From: an uncultured Alphaproteobacteria bacterium
GTDB taxonomy: Bacteria; Pseudomonadota; Alphaproteobacteria; Rhizobiales; Methyloligellaceae
Assembly (NCBI GenBank): GCA_963747175.1
Contig: CAVVDW010000021.1
Span: forward strand, 612 to 64,611
Direction: 5' to 3'
DNA: 64,000 bases
The position numbers and the translations under genes are program-made. The number at the start of each line of letters is the position of its first letter. Position 1 is the first letter of the stretch. Of the stretch, positions 17,861-27,490 are shown piece after piece. Under the pieces are notes generated by a model. That model was not told where the DNA came from. It did not search any database and worked only from the letters and a program-made list of their open reading frames with translations.

Positions 17861-18694
17861 ATGCAAAAGACCTTCGCTACGGCAGAGCGCGAGATCAAGA
17901 GCTACGATCCGGTCTGGAGCCAGGTCAGGCGCGAGGCCGAGGAGATCAGCGCGTCAGAGCCCGCGCTCGGCGGCTTCATCTATGCGACGGTGCTCGACCA
18001 CAAGCGTCTCGAGGATGCCGTCTGCCACCGGCTTGCGCGCCGGCTCCAGCATGCGGCGCTCGATTCAGGCCTCATGCACAAGATGTTCCACGAGGTGCTC
18101 GATTCCGAGCCGTCGCTCGGCGAAGCCTTCCGCGCCGACCTCGTCGCGGTCGCCAAGCGCGACCCCGCGTGCAGCCGTCTGATCGAGCCTCTGCTCTATT
18201 ACAAGGGCTTCCACGCGCTCGAGACCTACCGCATTGCGCATGCTCTTTGGCTGGCCGGGCGCAAGGACTTCGCCCTTTACCTGCAAAGCCTGACCTCGCG
18301 CTTCCTGCAAGTCGACATCCACCCGGCGGCGGTGATCGGCAAGGGCATCATGTTCGACCACGCCACGGGCATCGTCATCGGCGAGACCGCGGTGATCGGC
18401 GACAATTGCTCGATGCTGCATGGCGTGACGCTCGGCGGCACCGGTAACGAGCGCGGCAATCGCCATCCCAAGATCGGGCGCGGCGTCATGATGGGCGCGG
18501 GGGCCAAGATCCTCGGCAATATCAAGGTCGGCGATTGCGCGCGGGTGGCGGCGGGTAGCGTGGTTCTCCACGACGTTCCGCCGAGGCGCACTGTCGCTGG
18601 CGTGCCAGCGCGCGAGATCGGCTCTTCCGGTTGCGAGGAGCCGGCGCTTGCGATGGACCAGATGATCCCTGACGAGGACTGCGGCTGCCAATAG
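17861..18694 (+). CDS. cysE: Serine O-acetyltransferase
   Basis: YYKGFHA, VDIHPAA, DHATGIVIGET, RHPKIG hexapeptide region. Confidence 0.95.
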   Translation: MQKTFATAEREIKSYDPVWSQVRREAEEISASEPALGGFIYATVLDHKRLEDAVCHRLARRLQHAALDSGLMHKMFHEVLDSEPSLGEAFRADLVAVAKRDPACSRLIEPLLYYKGFHALETYRIAHALWLAGRKDFALYLQSLTSRFLQVDIHPAAVIGKGIMFDHATGIVIGETAVIGDNCSMLHGVTLGGTGNERGNRHPKIGRGVMMGAGAKILGNIKVGDCARVAAGSVVLHDVPPRRTVAGVPAREIGSSGCEEPALAMDQMIPDEDCGCQ

Positions 18695-18745
18695 GGCCGG
18701 TAGCAACGCTGACGCCCGTTCGATCGGGCTTTGATTGGAGGGGTG

Positions 18746-18958
18746 GTGACAAGGGACGAGATCATCAAGCTCGAGCGCTATCTGAAGAAGGTGTTTCGCC
18801 TTCCCGTGCTCGAGGTGAAGCAGCGGCCGCGCAAAGAGGACTCAGCCGAGGTCTTCGTCGGCGATGAGTTCATCGGCGTCATCTTCCGCGACGACGAGGA
18901 GGGCGAGACCGCCTACCAGTTCCAGATGGCCATCCTCGACTACGACCTCAAGGAGTGA
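18746..18958 (+). CDS. DUF3126-family protein
   Basis: EIIKLE.YLK..F...DSAEV..G.EFIGVI..D...Y.FQMAILD; usual position after cysE. Confidence 0.85.
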   Translation: MTRDEIIKLERYLKKVFRLPVLEVKQRPRKEDSAEVFVGDEFIGVIFRDDEEGETAYQFQMAILDYDLKE

Positions 18959-18990
18959 GCGGTGCTTTCCGTGCTAGCGTGGCACGAGCG

Positions 18991-19005
18991 TTAACTAGTC
19001 CTTAA
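18991..19005. promoter_or_regulatory. CtrA-type binding site
   Basis: Perfect TTAA-CTAGTCC-TTAA (TTAA-N7-TTAA) 78 nt before ATG 19084. Confidence 0.6.
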
Positions 19006-19083
19006 GAATTCGATCCAAGGGCCAGAGCCCCGAAGCTAGAGTGGTCGTTGCGGACAACGAGCACGGCGGCGAGGGGGTGCCCG

Positions 19084-19395
19084 ATGCAATTCCTGGCAAT
19101 TTATCTTTATGTGATGGCGGTCGGCTTCGTCGCTGCCGGGGTCTTGTCGAGCTTCGTCCAGCTCGTCTCTGGCGAGCCGATGCGCTTCTCCGTCGAGCCC
19201 AAATCGATCCTCGACTCGCTCGCCGGCGTCCTGCTTCGCGTGCTGGCGGGCCCGGCTATCCTGATGCGCAACGCCTGGCGGGGACAGATCATTCAAGGCC
19301 GGCCGAAGATCTGGTTCGGGGTCTCGGCGCTGATCGCCGCCCTGTGGAGCCTGTTCTCTGGCGCTCTCCTGCTTGATCTGATCGTCAAACTCTAG
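19084..19395 (+). CDS. Small membrane protein, DUF6949-like
   Basis: Three hydrophobic segments; AGP.ILMRNAWR motif. Confidence 0.75.
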   Translation: MQFLAIYLYVMAVGFVAAGVLSSFVQLVSGEPMRFSVEPKSILDSLAGVLLRVLAGPAILMRNAWRGQIIQGRPKIWFGVSALIAALWSLFSGALLLDLIVKL

Positions 19396-19529
19396 CGATC
19401 ATCACCCACCGGGCCTTGACGCCGCGCCGCGGCTTCGCGCCGCCCTCCGCGACTTTCAAACATGATGTAACTTGCGTGGGCCGTTCTGCTTTCGGAGTCC
19501 TGCAAGGAGGAGAGGATATGTGAAAAATC

Positions 19530-19754
19530 ATGATGATCTTGGCATCGTCGGCGCTCGTTCTGGGTGTCGTGCTCGGAGTATTGGCTTGGCAGGGACAGGC
19601 AGGGGCGCAAGACGCTCCCAGCCTTCACGCGCTCAAGAATCAAAGCCCGATTGTCAAGCTGGCAGCATGCAATGGATATACTGGCGGCTGTGGTTGCGCG
19701 CCTGGTTGGGTCAGCTCCTGCCGTCGCCGCTGCTGCCGTTGCGTTCCCTGTTAG
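19530..19754 (+). CDS. Secreted 8-Cys peptide precursor
   Basis: Signal-like N-terminus; C-terminal ACNGYTGGCGCAPGWVSSCRRRCCRCVPC; GGAGGAG upstream. Confidence 0.7.
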   Translation: MMILASSALVLGVVLGVLAWQGQAGAQDAPSLHALKNQSPIVKLAACNGYTGGCGCAPGWVSSCRRRCCRCVPC

Positions 19755-19795
19755 CTGAACTGCAGCGCCTGGAATTGCACCCCACCTGTTGTCGC

Positions 19796-19828
19796 AAAAA
19801 AGGAGCCGGTCTCTTGCGAGACCGGCTC
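19796..19828 (-). terminator. Intrinsic terminator
   Basis: 11-bp stem GAGCCGGTCTC/GAGACCGGCTC with A6 on its left (U-tract on the minus strand). Confidence 0.7.
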
Positions 19829-19923
19829 GAGGAAAGGCCCGGTTGGGTCGGGGATGGGTGGGGGATGATCACCGGGCCTTATTGCTGTCCCCAAACGGGG
19901 GATTTAGGGGGTCGAAAAACTCC

Positions 19924-20580
19924 TCAATGGCTGCTCGAGGCCGACACCGCCGTCTGCGGCACGCTGTCGGGCGGCAAGAGAGAAATCCAAACCAGCGGGT
20001 TACGCTCTGACTGCCGCTTGATGTAGGTGTAGGGCGTGTCGGCGAAGCGCAGGATCTCGCGGCGCTTGTTGTCGAGAACGAAGTCGCCCTTGTCGGTGCG
20101 GACAGTCAACACCGCGTGGCCCTCGTTGTTCTCGTCGCGCACGACAGTGATGAGAAGCGTGCTCTCCGGCCAGCCGCGCTCCATCAGGATGCGCTGCTTG
20201 AGCAGGACGTAATCCTCGCAATCGCCCTTGTTGTGGGTCGGATAGGTCCAATACTCGACCTTGCCGTAGAGATCGATGTCGGTCACCGGCTGGATCGAAG
20301 TATTGATTTGGTCATTGACCTGCTCGAGCTCGCGGAACTTTGCGCCCGTGAGCTGAACGCGGTCGGCGAACTTCGCCTCCGGCAAGCAGTCGGCCTGATG
20401 CTCGCGGCAGAAATTCACATAGCCGATAGGTGGCAAGGTATCGCCGAACGACTGCAAGAACGCCACCTTCTGAGGCTCGATCTTTGACGGCGCGACGCTG
20501 ATCGCGTGATCGTTGCTCGCGCCTGACGGCAAAGACGAAATAAACATCAAGAAGGCTGAGCCTAGAACAAACTGTTTCAT
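19924..20580 (-). CDS. Transglutaminase-like cysteine peptidase (BTLCP/LapG family)
   Basis: PPIGY..FC, GDCEDY.LLK, EGHAVL, LDN; signal peptide. Confidence 0.92.
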   Translation of the reverse strand: MKQFVLGSAFLMFISSLPSGASNDHAISVAPSKIEPQKVAFLQSFGDTLPPIGYVNFCREHQADCLPEAKFADRVQLTGAKFRELEQVNDQINTSIQPVTDIDLYGKVEYWTYPTHNKGDCEDYVLLKQRILMERGWPESTLLITVVRDENNEGHAVLTVRTDKGDFVLDNKRREILRFADTPYTYIKRQSERNPLVWISLLPPDSVPQTAVSASSSH

Positions 20581-20855
20581 TGCACCCCCCATTTTATTGG
20601 GATGCACTATGTCAGAAAGATTTTGAGAACCCGATAAAAGAAGGGATCGGTTTAAAGCAGTATTGGTAGGGGTTTTTTAGTGAGAACTACTCAAACCTGA
20701 AGAGGGCAGAGTTAGCGGGATGTTCCGGGAATCGCTAAAATTTTAGCGAACTTAAGAACAAACCGCGATTTTTGGCGGAAATCTGGGATTTATGGGATGG
20801 GCTTGCCTCGTCCGGAAAGCATCGATTCACGATAGAAGTGAGGGCAGCGTGCGCC

Positions 20856-21518
20856 CTAACTGAAGGAACGCGCAATACTGTCGGGATCTTGAAGCTCGAC
20901 GAATTTTATTGCCACGCCCTGATCGTGATGGCGGACGACGCGGCCCCGCATACGACCAAGAACCACCACGGTGTCGATCGGCGGCTTGACGGCGCAGGCG
21001 ATCGAAGCGCCGCTCAACGAAACGTCGAGCACGCGGCAACTATGCACATCGCCATTCGGCAGGATGAGCTTAGAGGCGCTGATGCGCGGCACGACGCGCT
21101 CGTGCTTCCGCTCCTCGCTCAAGCCGAGCGACTCTTGGTTGATGAGCCAGGTCAGGAGATTGACGATGCGCTCGCGCTTGGCAGCGCTTGCCAGGATGCG
21201 CACGGCAAATCCGCCTTCGACCACTCTGACCACGATGCCCTCGATGCGCCCTACATGGTCGAGATAGGCGACGATCCGCTCGCCTTCCTCGCATTTCACG
21301 GGAGCGAGCAGGGCCATACCTCCTGCGGACATCTGGGTCACTTGGCAGAGGTACTCCTCCCTGTTCTCGCGCATGAAGCGTCCGAACAGCGTGACGGCCA
21401 CGCGCCGGAAGCGGCGGCGATCGGGGACGATCGTGGCAAGGCGATGAGCGGTGGACTTGAGCGTTCGCAGTCGCAACGGCGTCGCGAGCGTCGATTCCTC
21501 AGGGGGTGCGGTATTCAT
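20856..21518 (-). CDS. Tandem PilZ-domain protein
   Basis: RRRFRRV...MSAGG and ERKHERV...DVSLSGA motifs. Confidence 0.88.
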   Translation of the reverse strand: MNTAPPEESTLATPLRLRTLKSTAHRLATIVPDRRRFRRVAVTLFGRFMRENREEYLCQVTQMSAGGMALLAPVKCEEGERIVAYLDHVGRIEGIVVRVVEGGFAVRILASAAKRERIVNLLTWLINQESLGLSEERKHERVVPRISASKLILPNGDVHSCRVLDVSLSGASIACAVKPPIDTVVVLGRMRGRVVRHHDQGVAIKFVELQDPDSIARSFS

Positions 21519-21637
21519 CGTCCTGCCATGCGCGGGGGTTCGTGGCAGGCGAAAACCTAGGTGGCTCCTGTTAAGGAGCGCATAAATTCATGGTCCAAAA
21601 TGATATCGTCAGTCTACGTTAGTTTTAACCGTAATGG

Positions 21638-22231
21638 TCAGTCGCGGCCCTCGGCGAGGCCCCCGTCGAGGACGCGGAAGCGCCGCGGCGACAGACGCAC
21701 GATCTCGGCGCTTTCCCGCGTGGCGTGAGCCGGGGGGCCATCAGGCCAATGCAAGTGCAATTCGACGAGTTCGTGGCGGAGCAGGGGATCCCCGCCGAGC
21801 CAGAACGGCGGCTCGATGGCCGTGATCACGCCGAGCAGTCGATTGATCGTCTCACCGGTATGGATGAGGGGCAAAAGGACGAGCTCGAATGTCACTTGCC
21901 GGTTGGTGCCGGTAAAGGAGCGGAACGACCCATGTCCGACCGCCCCATCGGTAAACACGGCATGCAGCATGGCTGCGAGCTGCTCGCGGTCGTCATCGCT
22001 AAAGAGGCTCAAAAGATCGATGCCTCTCAGCTCCTTACCGAATTGCTCGCAGATTTTGGTGCCGGCCAGCCGGAAGCGGAAACCGAGCAGTCCGGCGCCT
22101 TCGGCAATGAAGGTCTCCGGCAACAGAGCAGGGATCCTCGCCGGCTCGATCTCGAACCGGCGCGGCGCAACGCGGCCATTGCGTACGCGATCCCAATACG
22201 CGTAAAGCTGCCTGCTCGTTGGCTGCTGCAT
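21638..22231 (-). CDS. PAS_5 (DUF1457) domain protein
   Basis: LYAYW.R.RNGR.AP.R..IEP..I..LL...FRLAGT..C..FG.EL.G. Confidence 0.85.
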   Translation of the reverse strand: MQQPTSRQLYAYWDRVRNGRVAPRRFEIEPARIPALLPETFIAEGAGLLGFRFRLAGTKICEQFGKELRGIDLLSLFSDDDREQLAAMLHAVFTDGAVGHGSFRSFTGTNRQVTFELVLLPLIHTGETINRLLGVITAIEPPFWLGGDPLLRHELVELHLHWPDGPPAHATRESAEIVRLSPRRFRVLDGGLAEGRD

Positions 22232-22459
22232 AACCCACCCGACGCAAAACGCTACACCGTGGTCCTGCGCACGCCCATTCTTCGGCCATGGGAGGGTAAA
22301 CATCCCTCTTTGGCACAGAGATTGAGCTTGCGATGCTCGTGGGCTGACTAAGCAGGGAGTGTGCCAGGGCCGGGGAATTGGGCGTCGGGGATCTCATTCC
22401 GCGCCATTATGGTTGCTGCGGGCGGCTTTCGGGGTCGCCTCCTTGGAGCGCTTCGTCCG

Positions 22460-23182
22460 ATGGCCGCGACTGAGCCTATCCTTAACGTGCCACGCGGGGT
22501 CAGCGCCGCCGCAGGCCTAATGGTCGCGATCCAGCTCGTCAGGGGTCTGCTGCCCGACGATGTCGATCTGACCGTTCTACTCGCGCTGGCCTTCATCCCG
22601 GCGCGCTATAGCGGCGCGGCGGCGGAGCTGCCGGGCGGCTATCTTACCTGCGTCACGTCCTTCTTCACCTACATGGTGGTGCATGCGGGCTGGGTGCATC
22701 TCGTTGTGAATGTGCTCTGGATGCTCGCCTTCGGCAGCGCGGTGGCGCGTCGCGTCGGCGACCGCAAATTCGTGGTCTTCTCGGTGATGTGTGGTGTGGC
22801 CGGCGCCGTCACGCATCTCGTCTGCCACTTCGGCGAGATGGCCCCTGTGGTCGGGGCCTCCGCGGCGATTTCGGGCCAGATGGCTGGAGCGCTCAGATTC
22901 ATTTTCAAGGCCCAGCCGTCGCGGGTAGGGCGCACTTCCGATTTGCTATCAGCGCCGCTGATGCCGCTCGGCGAGACCGTGCGCGATCCGCGCATCCTCG
23001 TCTTTCTCGCTCTGTGGGTGGCGATCAACGCCTATTTCGGGCTGACCGTCATCAGGATCGCGGGCCAGGAAGGAGGCATCGCCTGGGAAGCGCATATCGG
23101 CGGCTTCCTGTTCGGGTTGCTGACCTTCGGCTTCTTCGACACGGAGAGCCGCTCGCCCAGGGAGGAACGGCGGATCATTTGA
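22460..23182 (+). CDS. Rhomboid intramembrane serine protease
   Basis: H..W.HL..N, GASAAISG, AWEAHIGGF. Confidence 0.92.
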   Translation: MAATEPILNVPRGVSAAAGLMVAIQLVRGLLPDDVDLTVLLALAFIPARYSGAAAELPGGYLTCVTSFFTYMVVHAGWVHLVVNVLWMLAFGSAVARRVGDRKFVVFSVMCGVAGAVTHLVCHFGEMAPVVGASAAISGQMAGALRFIFKAQPSRVGRTSDLLSAPLMPLGETVRDPRILVFLALWVAINAYFGLTVIRIAGQEGGIAWEAHIGGFLFGLLTFGFFDTESRSPREERRII

Positions 23183-23289
23183 GCCGCTGGGGCGTTTTGC
23201 CTGCATTCGCTGTCCCTTGCGTCGGCGTCAACGACGGGACAGAATGTCGCAGTCACGGGACGGAAGCTCTCGGACTGGAGGAAACGCTA

Positions 23290-23721
23290 ATGAACGTCGC
23301 TGCAATTCTGAAGCAGAAGGGCAGGGAGGTTTTCACCACCACGCCCGATACGACGCTGCTCGACATCACCAAGCTGCTCGGCCTGCACGGCATCGGCTGC
23401 GTGGTCATCACCGGGATCGAGGGAAAGGTCGTCGGCATCGTCAGCGAGCGGGACGTCGTCCGCGAAATCGCGCGAGCCGGATCGAAGGTCCTCAAGGAGC
23501 CCGTCGAGACCTGCATGACCAAGACCGTGGTGACATGCCGTGAGGCGGACACTATCGACCGGATCATGGCGGAGATGACGGCCCACCGTTTCCGGCACAT
23601 GCCCGTGGTAGAGCGCGGACGGCTCAGCGGGATCGTCTCGATCGGCGATGTGGTGAGGATGCGGATCGCTGAAGCGGAGATGGAAGCCGCGGCGATGCGG
23701 GAATATATCGCCACGGGCTGA
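23290..23721 (+). CDS. CBS-pair protein
   Basis: GIVSERDVVR, RFRHMPV, GIVSIGDVV. Confidence 0.92.
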   Translation: MNVAAILKQKGREVFTTTPDTTLLDITKLLGLHGIGCVVITGIEGKVVGIVSERDVVREIARAGSKVLKEPVETCMTKTVVTCREADTIDRIMAEMTAHRFRHMPVVERGRLSGIVSIGDVVRMRIAEAEMEAAAMREYIATG

Positions 23722-23794
23722 TCGGTGCTGATCGACGTCTTTGTCTCTGACGCATGATCTTGTCCGAAAAGTCGCAACTTTTCGGGATCATGCG

Positions 23795-24724
23795 TTAGGC
23801 GGCCAGCATCCTGAGCGCGTGCTTGATCTCCTCGATCTGCCGTTCGGCGGCCTTGGCTCCTTGCGCGATCGCTTCGCTCCCACGGTGGAAGTCGAACAGC
23901 CCGATGTCTCCAAGCCTTGGGCTGATGGCGATGTCTGGCGGATCGCCGGCGAGGCGTGAGCGGGCGATCCGGTCCTGCGTGATGTTCACGGCGTCCATCA
24001 TTACCGCCGACATGCCCGGCGCGCCGCTTCTGCCGAAGATTTGCCGGTGCAAGAGGTGGACCGCCGCACGGCCGTTCGAGCCGAGCAGCTCATGGCCCTC
24101 GGACGCCGATGGCGGCTCCGCCAAAGCCTCATGATCGTGGATCACGCCGCCCTTGCTGAAGACGTCGTTAGAGAGATTGACGGCGATGACGATGCGGGCG
24201 CCGAGCGCGCGGCAGACCGACACGGGAATAGGGTTGACGAGCGCGCCGTCGATCAGCCACCGGCCGTTGATTTGCACGGGACGGAAAATGCCCGGGAGCG
24301 CGAACGAGGCTTTGAGCGCATCCACCAGGCTTCCTTTGTTGAGCCAGACCTCGTGACCGGTGCCGAGCTCGGTCGCAACCGCGATGAACCTTCGGTCGAG
24401 CTTCTCGATCTGGAATTCTTGCAAATGATGCTCGAGCCGGGCGCTCAAGCGCTGCCCAGTGATCAGGCCTGAGCCTGCGAAATTGACGTCGAGAAAGCCG
24501 AAGACGCGGCGGCGTGTAAGCGCGTTCGCGAACTCCTCAAGCGCGTCGAGCCTCTTCGTGATGTAGCAGGCGCCGGCCACCGCGCCGATCGAGGTGCCGG
24601 CCACGATATCGGGCTCGAGCCCGGCCTCGACCAGGGTCTTGAGCACGCCGATATGGGCCCAGCCGCGCGCGGCGCCGCCGCCAAGCGCGATCCCAAGTTT
24701 CGGTCTGCGGGTATCACTCATCAC
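23795..24724 (-). CDS. Patatin-like phospholipase, RssA/NTE type
   Basis: GGGAARGWAHIG, GTSIG, DGALVNP. Confidence 0.92.
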   Translation of the reverse strand: MMSDTRRPKLGIALGGGAARGWAHIGVLKTLVEAGLEPDIVAGTSIGAVAGACYITKRLDALEEFANALTRRRVFGFLDVNFAGSGLITGQRLSARLEHHLQEFQIEKLDRRFIAVATELGTGHEVWLNKGSLVDALKASFALPGIFRPVQINGRWLIDGALVNPIPVSVCRALGARIVIAVNLSNDVFSKGGVIHDHEALAEPPSASEGHELLGSNGRAAVHLLHRQIFGRSGAPGMSAVMMDAVNITQDRIARSRLAGDPPDIAISPRLGDIGLFDFHRGSEAIAQGAKAAERQIEEIKHALRMLAA

Positions 24725-24839
24725 GCAAGCCTCATGCCGGATTTTGTCCGGCAGCTTGGCCGCAGGCGGCCATGCGCAAGCTTCGCTCGCGTGCTCGATG
24801 GGCTTGGCCGAATGCGAACTCGTCTAGCCGCCAAGTACC

Positions 24840-25343
24840 TTACTCCGACTTCTTTAAGGTTCCCTTTGCGGCACCAGCGTGACGGTAGACGCTCTCTGGG
24901 TCGAACTGACGCTCCGCATCGACCATGTGCAGTGCAACACCACCCTTGCCGATCGCCTCGCCGACGCGGACGGCGCGATAGAAACAGGACCTGCGGCCCG
25001 TGTGGCAACACGCCTCAGAGCCGGTCATCTCGACCTTGAGCAGGAGGGCGTCCTGGTCGCAGTCGGTACGGAGCTCGACGACGCGCTGAGAGTTGCCGCT
25101 CGTCTCGCCCTTGCGCCAGAGTTTTCCCCGCGAGCGCGACCAGTAATGCGCTTCTCCGGTCTCGATGGTGCGGGCGAGCGCCTCTGCGTTCATATAAGCG
25201 AGCATCAGCACCTCGCCGGTCGAGGCCGAGGTTGCGACCACGGTGATGAGGCCGTCCGCGTCGAAGCGCGGCGCGAACACGGTCCCTTCCTCGATCTCTG
25301 ACTTGTTGTTTCCCGGAGGGGGAAAGACGGCAGGCTTGCTCAC
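24840..25343 (-). CDS. hisI: Phosphoribosyl-AMP cyclohydrolase
   Basis: [31 protein letters not shown]. Confidence 0.95.
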   Translation of the reverse strand: MSKPAVFPPPGNNKSEIEEGTVFAPRFDADGLITVVATSASTGEVLMLAYMNAEALARTIETGEAHYWSRSRGKLWRKGETSGNSQRVVELRTDCDQDALLLKVEMTGSEACCHTGRRSCFYRAVRVGEAIGKGGVALHMVDAERQFDPESVYRHAGAAKGTLKKSE

Positions 25344-25371
25344 CGCGATATGTCCTTCGCGGCCAATTCGA

Positions 25372-26016
25372 TCAGCCGCGCCCGCGGTCCGCGGCAAGCA
25401 TCATGAAGCGCGCCTGCTGCGCCGGATCCTCTTTGAAGATACCGGTGAACTGAGTGGTGATGGTAGCGACGTCCGGCTTCTTCACGCCGCGGATCGACAT
25501 GCATTGATGCACGGCCTCGATCATCACCGCAACGCCCTTGGGCTTGAGCGCCTTGTCGATGGTCTCGGCGATCTGCGCGGTCATGGTCTCCTGGGTCTGG
25601 AGCCGGTGGGCGAACACGTCGACCACACGGGCGAGCTTGGAGATGCCGACCACCCGGTCGGTCGGAAAATAGGCGACATGCGCCTTGCCGACGAAGGGGA
25701 TCATGTGGTGCTCGCAATGCGAGTTGAGCTCGATGTCGCGAAGCATCACGATGTCGTCATAGCCCGCCACTTCGTCGAAGGTGCGGGATAGCACCTCGAG
25801 CGGGTCCTCGCGATAGCCCGAGAAGAACTCGTCATAGGCAGAGGTGACGCGGCGCGGCGTCTCGCGCAGCCCCTCACGGTCGGGGTTATCGCCGGCATAG
25901 GCGATCAGCGTGCGCACCGCCTCCTCGGCCTCCTCACGCGACGGCCGCACGATGGCCGGCCCGCGGCCAACCTCGATTTGCGGCCGTGTTTTCAACTTCT
26001 TCACCGTGGCGTCCAT
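25372..26016 (-). CDS. folE: GTP cyclohydrolase I
   Basis: [30 protein letters not shown]. Confidence 0.95.
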   Translation of the reverse strand: MDATVKKLKTRPQIEVGRGPAIVRPSREEAEEAVRTLIAYAGDNPDREGLRETPRRVTSAYDEFFSGYREDPLEVLSRTFDEVAGYDDIVMLRDIELNSHCEHHMIPFVGKAHVAYFPTDRVVGISKLARVVDVFAHRLQTQETMTAQIAETIDKALKPKGVAVMIEAVHQCMSIRGVKKPDVATITTQFTGIFKEDPAQQARFMMLAADRGRG

Positions 26017-26202
26017 GAATGAAACGTTCCTTTAGGGCTTCAACGCGGGAGGAATGTGTGGGTTGCCGTCGCCGAGAGGGCACGTCAACTATAGATGCCA
26101 CGTAGCCCCATTTGGTTACAGGCCCTCCATTCCCTAGCCCGGCTGCATATATAATGCGTGATTTCGGCCCGCAAGGCGAGCTTAAGGGTGACTGCGACCA
26201 GA

Positions 26203-26661
26203 ATGACACTGCCAGAAGACATCTATACCCAGCGCATCCTCGAGCTTGCCGCTGCCACTCCGCGCACCACGCGGCTCGCCTCGCCGCAAGCCTCGGCCAC
26301 CGCGCACTCCAAGCTGTGCGGCAGCACGGTCAGCGTCGACCTCTCAATGGACGGTGACCTAGTGACCGACTATGGCCAGAGCGTTAAGGCTTGCTTGCTC
26401 GGGCAGTCAGCGGCCTCGGTGATGGGGCGCGAGATCGTGGGCTCGAGCTCTGATGAGCTCAGAGCGGTTGGCGCGGCAATGCGGAAGATGCTGAAGCAGG
26501 GAGGTCCGCCCCCCTCCGGCAAATGGGCCGACCTCGCCACGCTCGAGCCGGTGCGCGACTATCGCGCACGCCACGCATCGACGCTGCTCGTGTTCGACGC
26601 CGTCGAGGACGCTATCCGCCAGATCGAGGCGAAACGGACGAAGGAGTTCGCGCATGGGTAA
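26203..26661 (+). CDS. IscU/NifU-N-like Fe-S scaffold protein
   Basis: SKLCGS...KACLLGQ...RHASTLL.FDA. Confidence 0.85.
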   Translation: MTLPEDIYTQRILELAAATPRTTRLASPQASATAHSKLCGSTVSVDLSMDGDLVTDYGQSVKACLLGQSAASVMGREIVGSSSDELRAVGAAMRKMLKQGGPPPSGKWADLATLEPVRDYRARHASTLLVFDAVEDAIRQIEAKRTKEFAHG

Positions 26662-27118
26662 TTCGCTCGACCCCGAAAGCGTGACCCCGAGGCGCGGGAG
26701 CATGTACCCGGCGCCCTTCGGCGAGCCGCTCGCGGGCCGCGAGAAACGCGCGCTCGGCGATCCGCTCGGGCTGACGCAGTTCGGCGTCAACCTTACAACG
26801 CTTCGCCCCGGCGCCTGGTCGTCGCAGCGACATTGGCATGAGAACGAGGACGAGTTTGTCTATGTCCTTGAGGGGGAGATCACCCTCGTCACCGATGTCG
26901 GCGAGACGGTACTGCGTCCAGGAATGGCCGCCGGCTTCCCAGCTGGCAATCCTGACGGACATCATTTGATCAATCGCACTGACAAGCCTGCGCACTATCT
27001 CGAAATTGGAACGCGCCTGCCTACAGAAGTTGCCCATTACAGCGACATCAATCTCGGCGGGCGCAAGGAAGGCGGCCGCTTCGTGTTCACACGCAAGAAC
27101 GGCGAGCCCTATCCGTGA
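26654..27118 (+). CDS. Cupin domain protein
   Basis: LGLTQFGVN...SSQRHWHENEDE...GHHL.N. Confidence 0.88.
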   Translation: MGNSLDPESVTPRRGSMYPAPFGEPLAGREKRALGDPLGLTQFGVNLTTLRPGAWSSQRHWHENEDEFVYVLEGEITLVTDVGETVLRPGMAAGFPAGNPDGHHLINRTDKPAHYLEIGTRLPTEVAHYSDINLGGRKEGGRFVFTRKNGEPYP

Positions 27119-27429
27119 GTCCGCTCGGCACCATCGCAAGAGCGCCGCTTCTGGCGGCGATCGCGCTTTATCGCGTCACACTGTCACCGCTTGTCGGGGC
27201 GAATTGCCGGCATCTCCCGACCTGCTCGGACTATGCGCGCGAGGCCATCGACAAGAACGGCGCATGGAAGGGCGGCTGGCTCACGCTCGCGAGACTCTGC
27301 CGCTGCCACCCTTGGGGCAGCCACGGCTTCGACCCGGTTCCCGATCTTCGTGCCGAGCGTCATCCTTTAGCTCCGTGGCGCTACGGGAGATGGCGCATGC
27401 CTCGTGACATGAGGTTGAAATCCGGGTAG
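27115..27429 (+). CDS. yidD: Membrane protein insertion efficiency factor
   Basis: [13 protein letters not shown]...G...G.WL...R..RCHPWG. Confidence 0.92.
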   Translation: MSPLGTIARAPLLAAIALYRVTLSPLVGANCRHLPTCSDYAREAIDKNGAWKGGWLTLARLCRCHPWGSHGFDPVPDLRAERHPLAPWRYGRWRMPRDMRLKSG

Positions 27430-27454
27430 AACGCTCGCCTTCAACCACCCCTTA

Positions 27455-27472
27455 CCTGCGCTGGTACGCAGG
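27455..27472 (+). promoter_or_regulatory. thrS leader hairpin with a tRNA-Thr(GGU)-like loop
   Basis: CCTGCG-CTGGTA-CGCAGG directly upstream of SD GAGGAG. Confidence 0.4.
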
Positions 27473-27490
27473 AGTGAGAGGAGAGACTCG

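Noticed and set aside
19518-19523. Selenocysteine at ATG-TGA
   Set aside because: Codon 2 of a signal peptide, no SECIS-like hairpin recognised; mutation or error is more likely
22311-22326. Sigma-54 promoter (also 18980)
   Set aside because: TGGCAC present but the -12 element is TTGA or TTAA rather than TTGC
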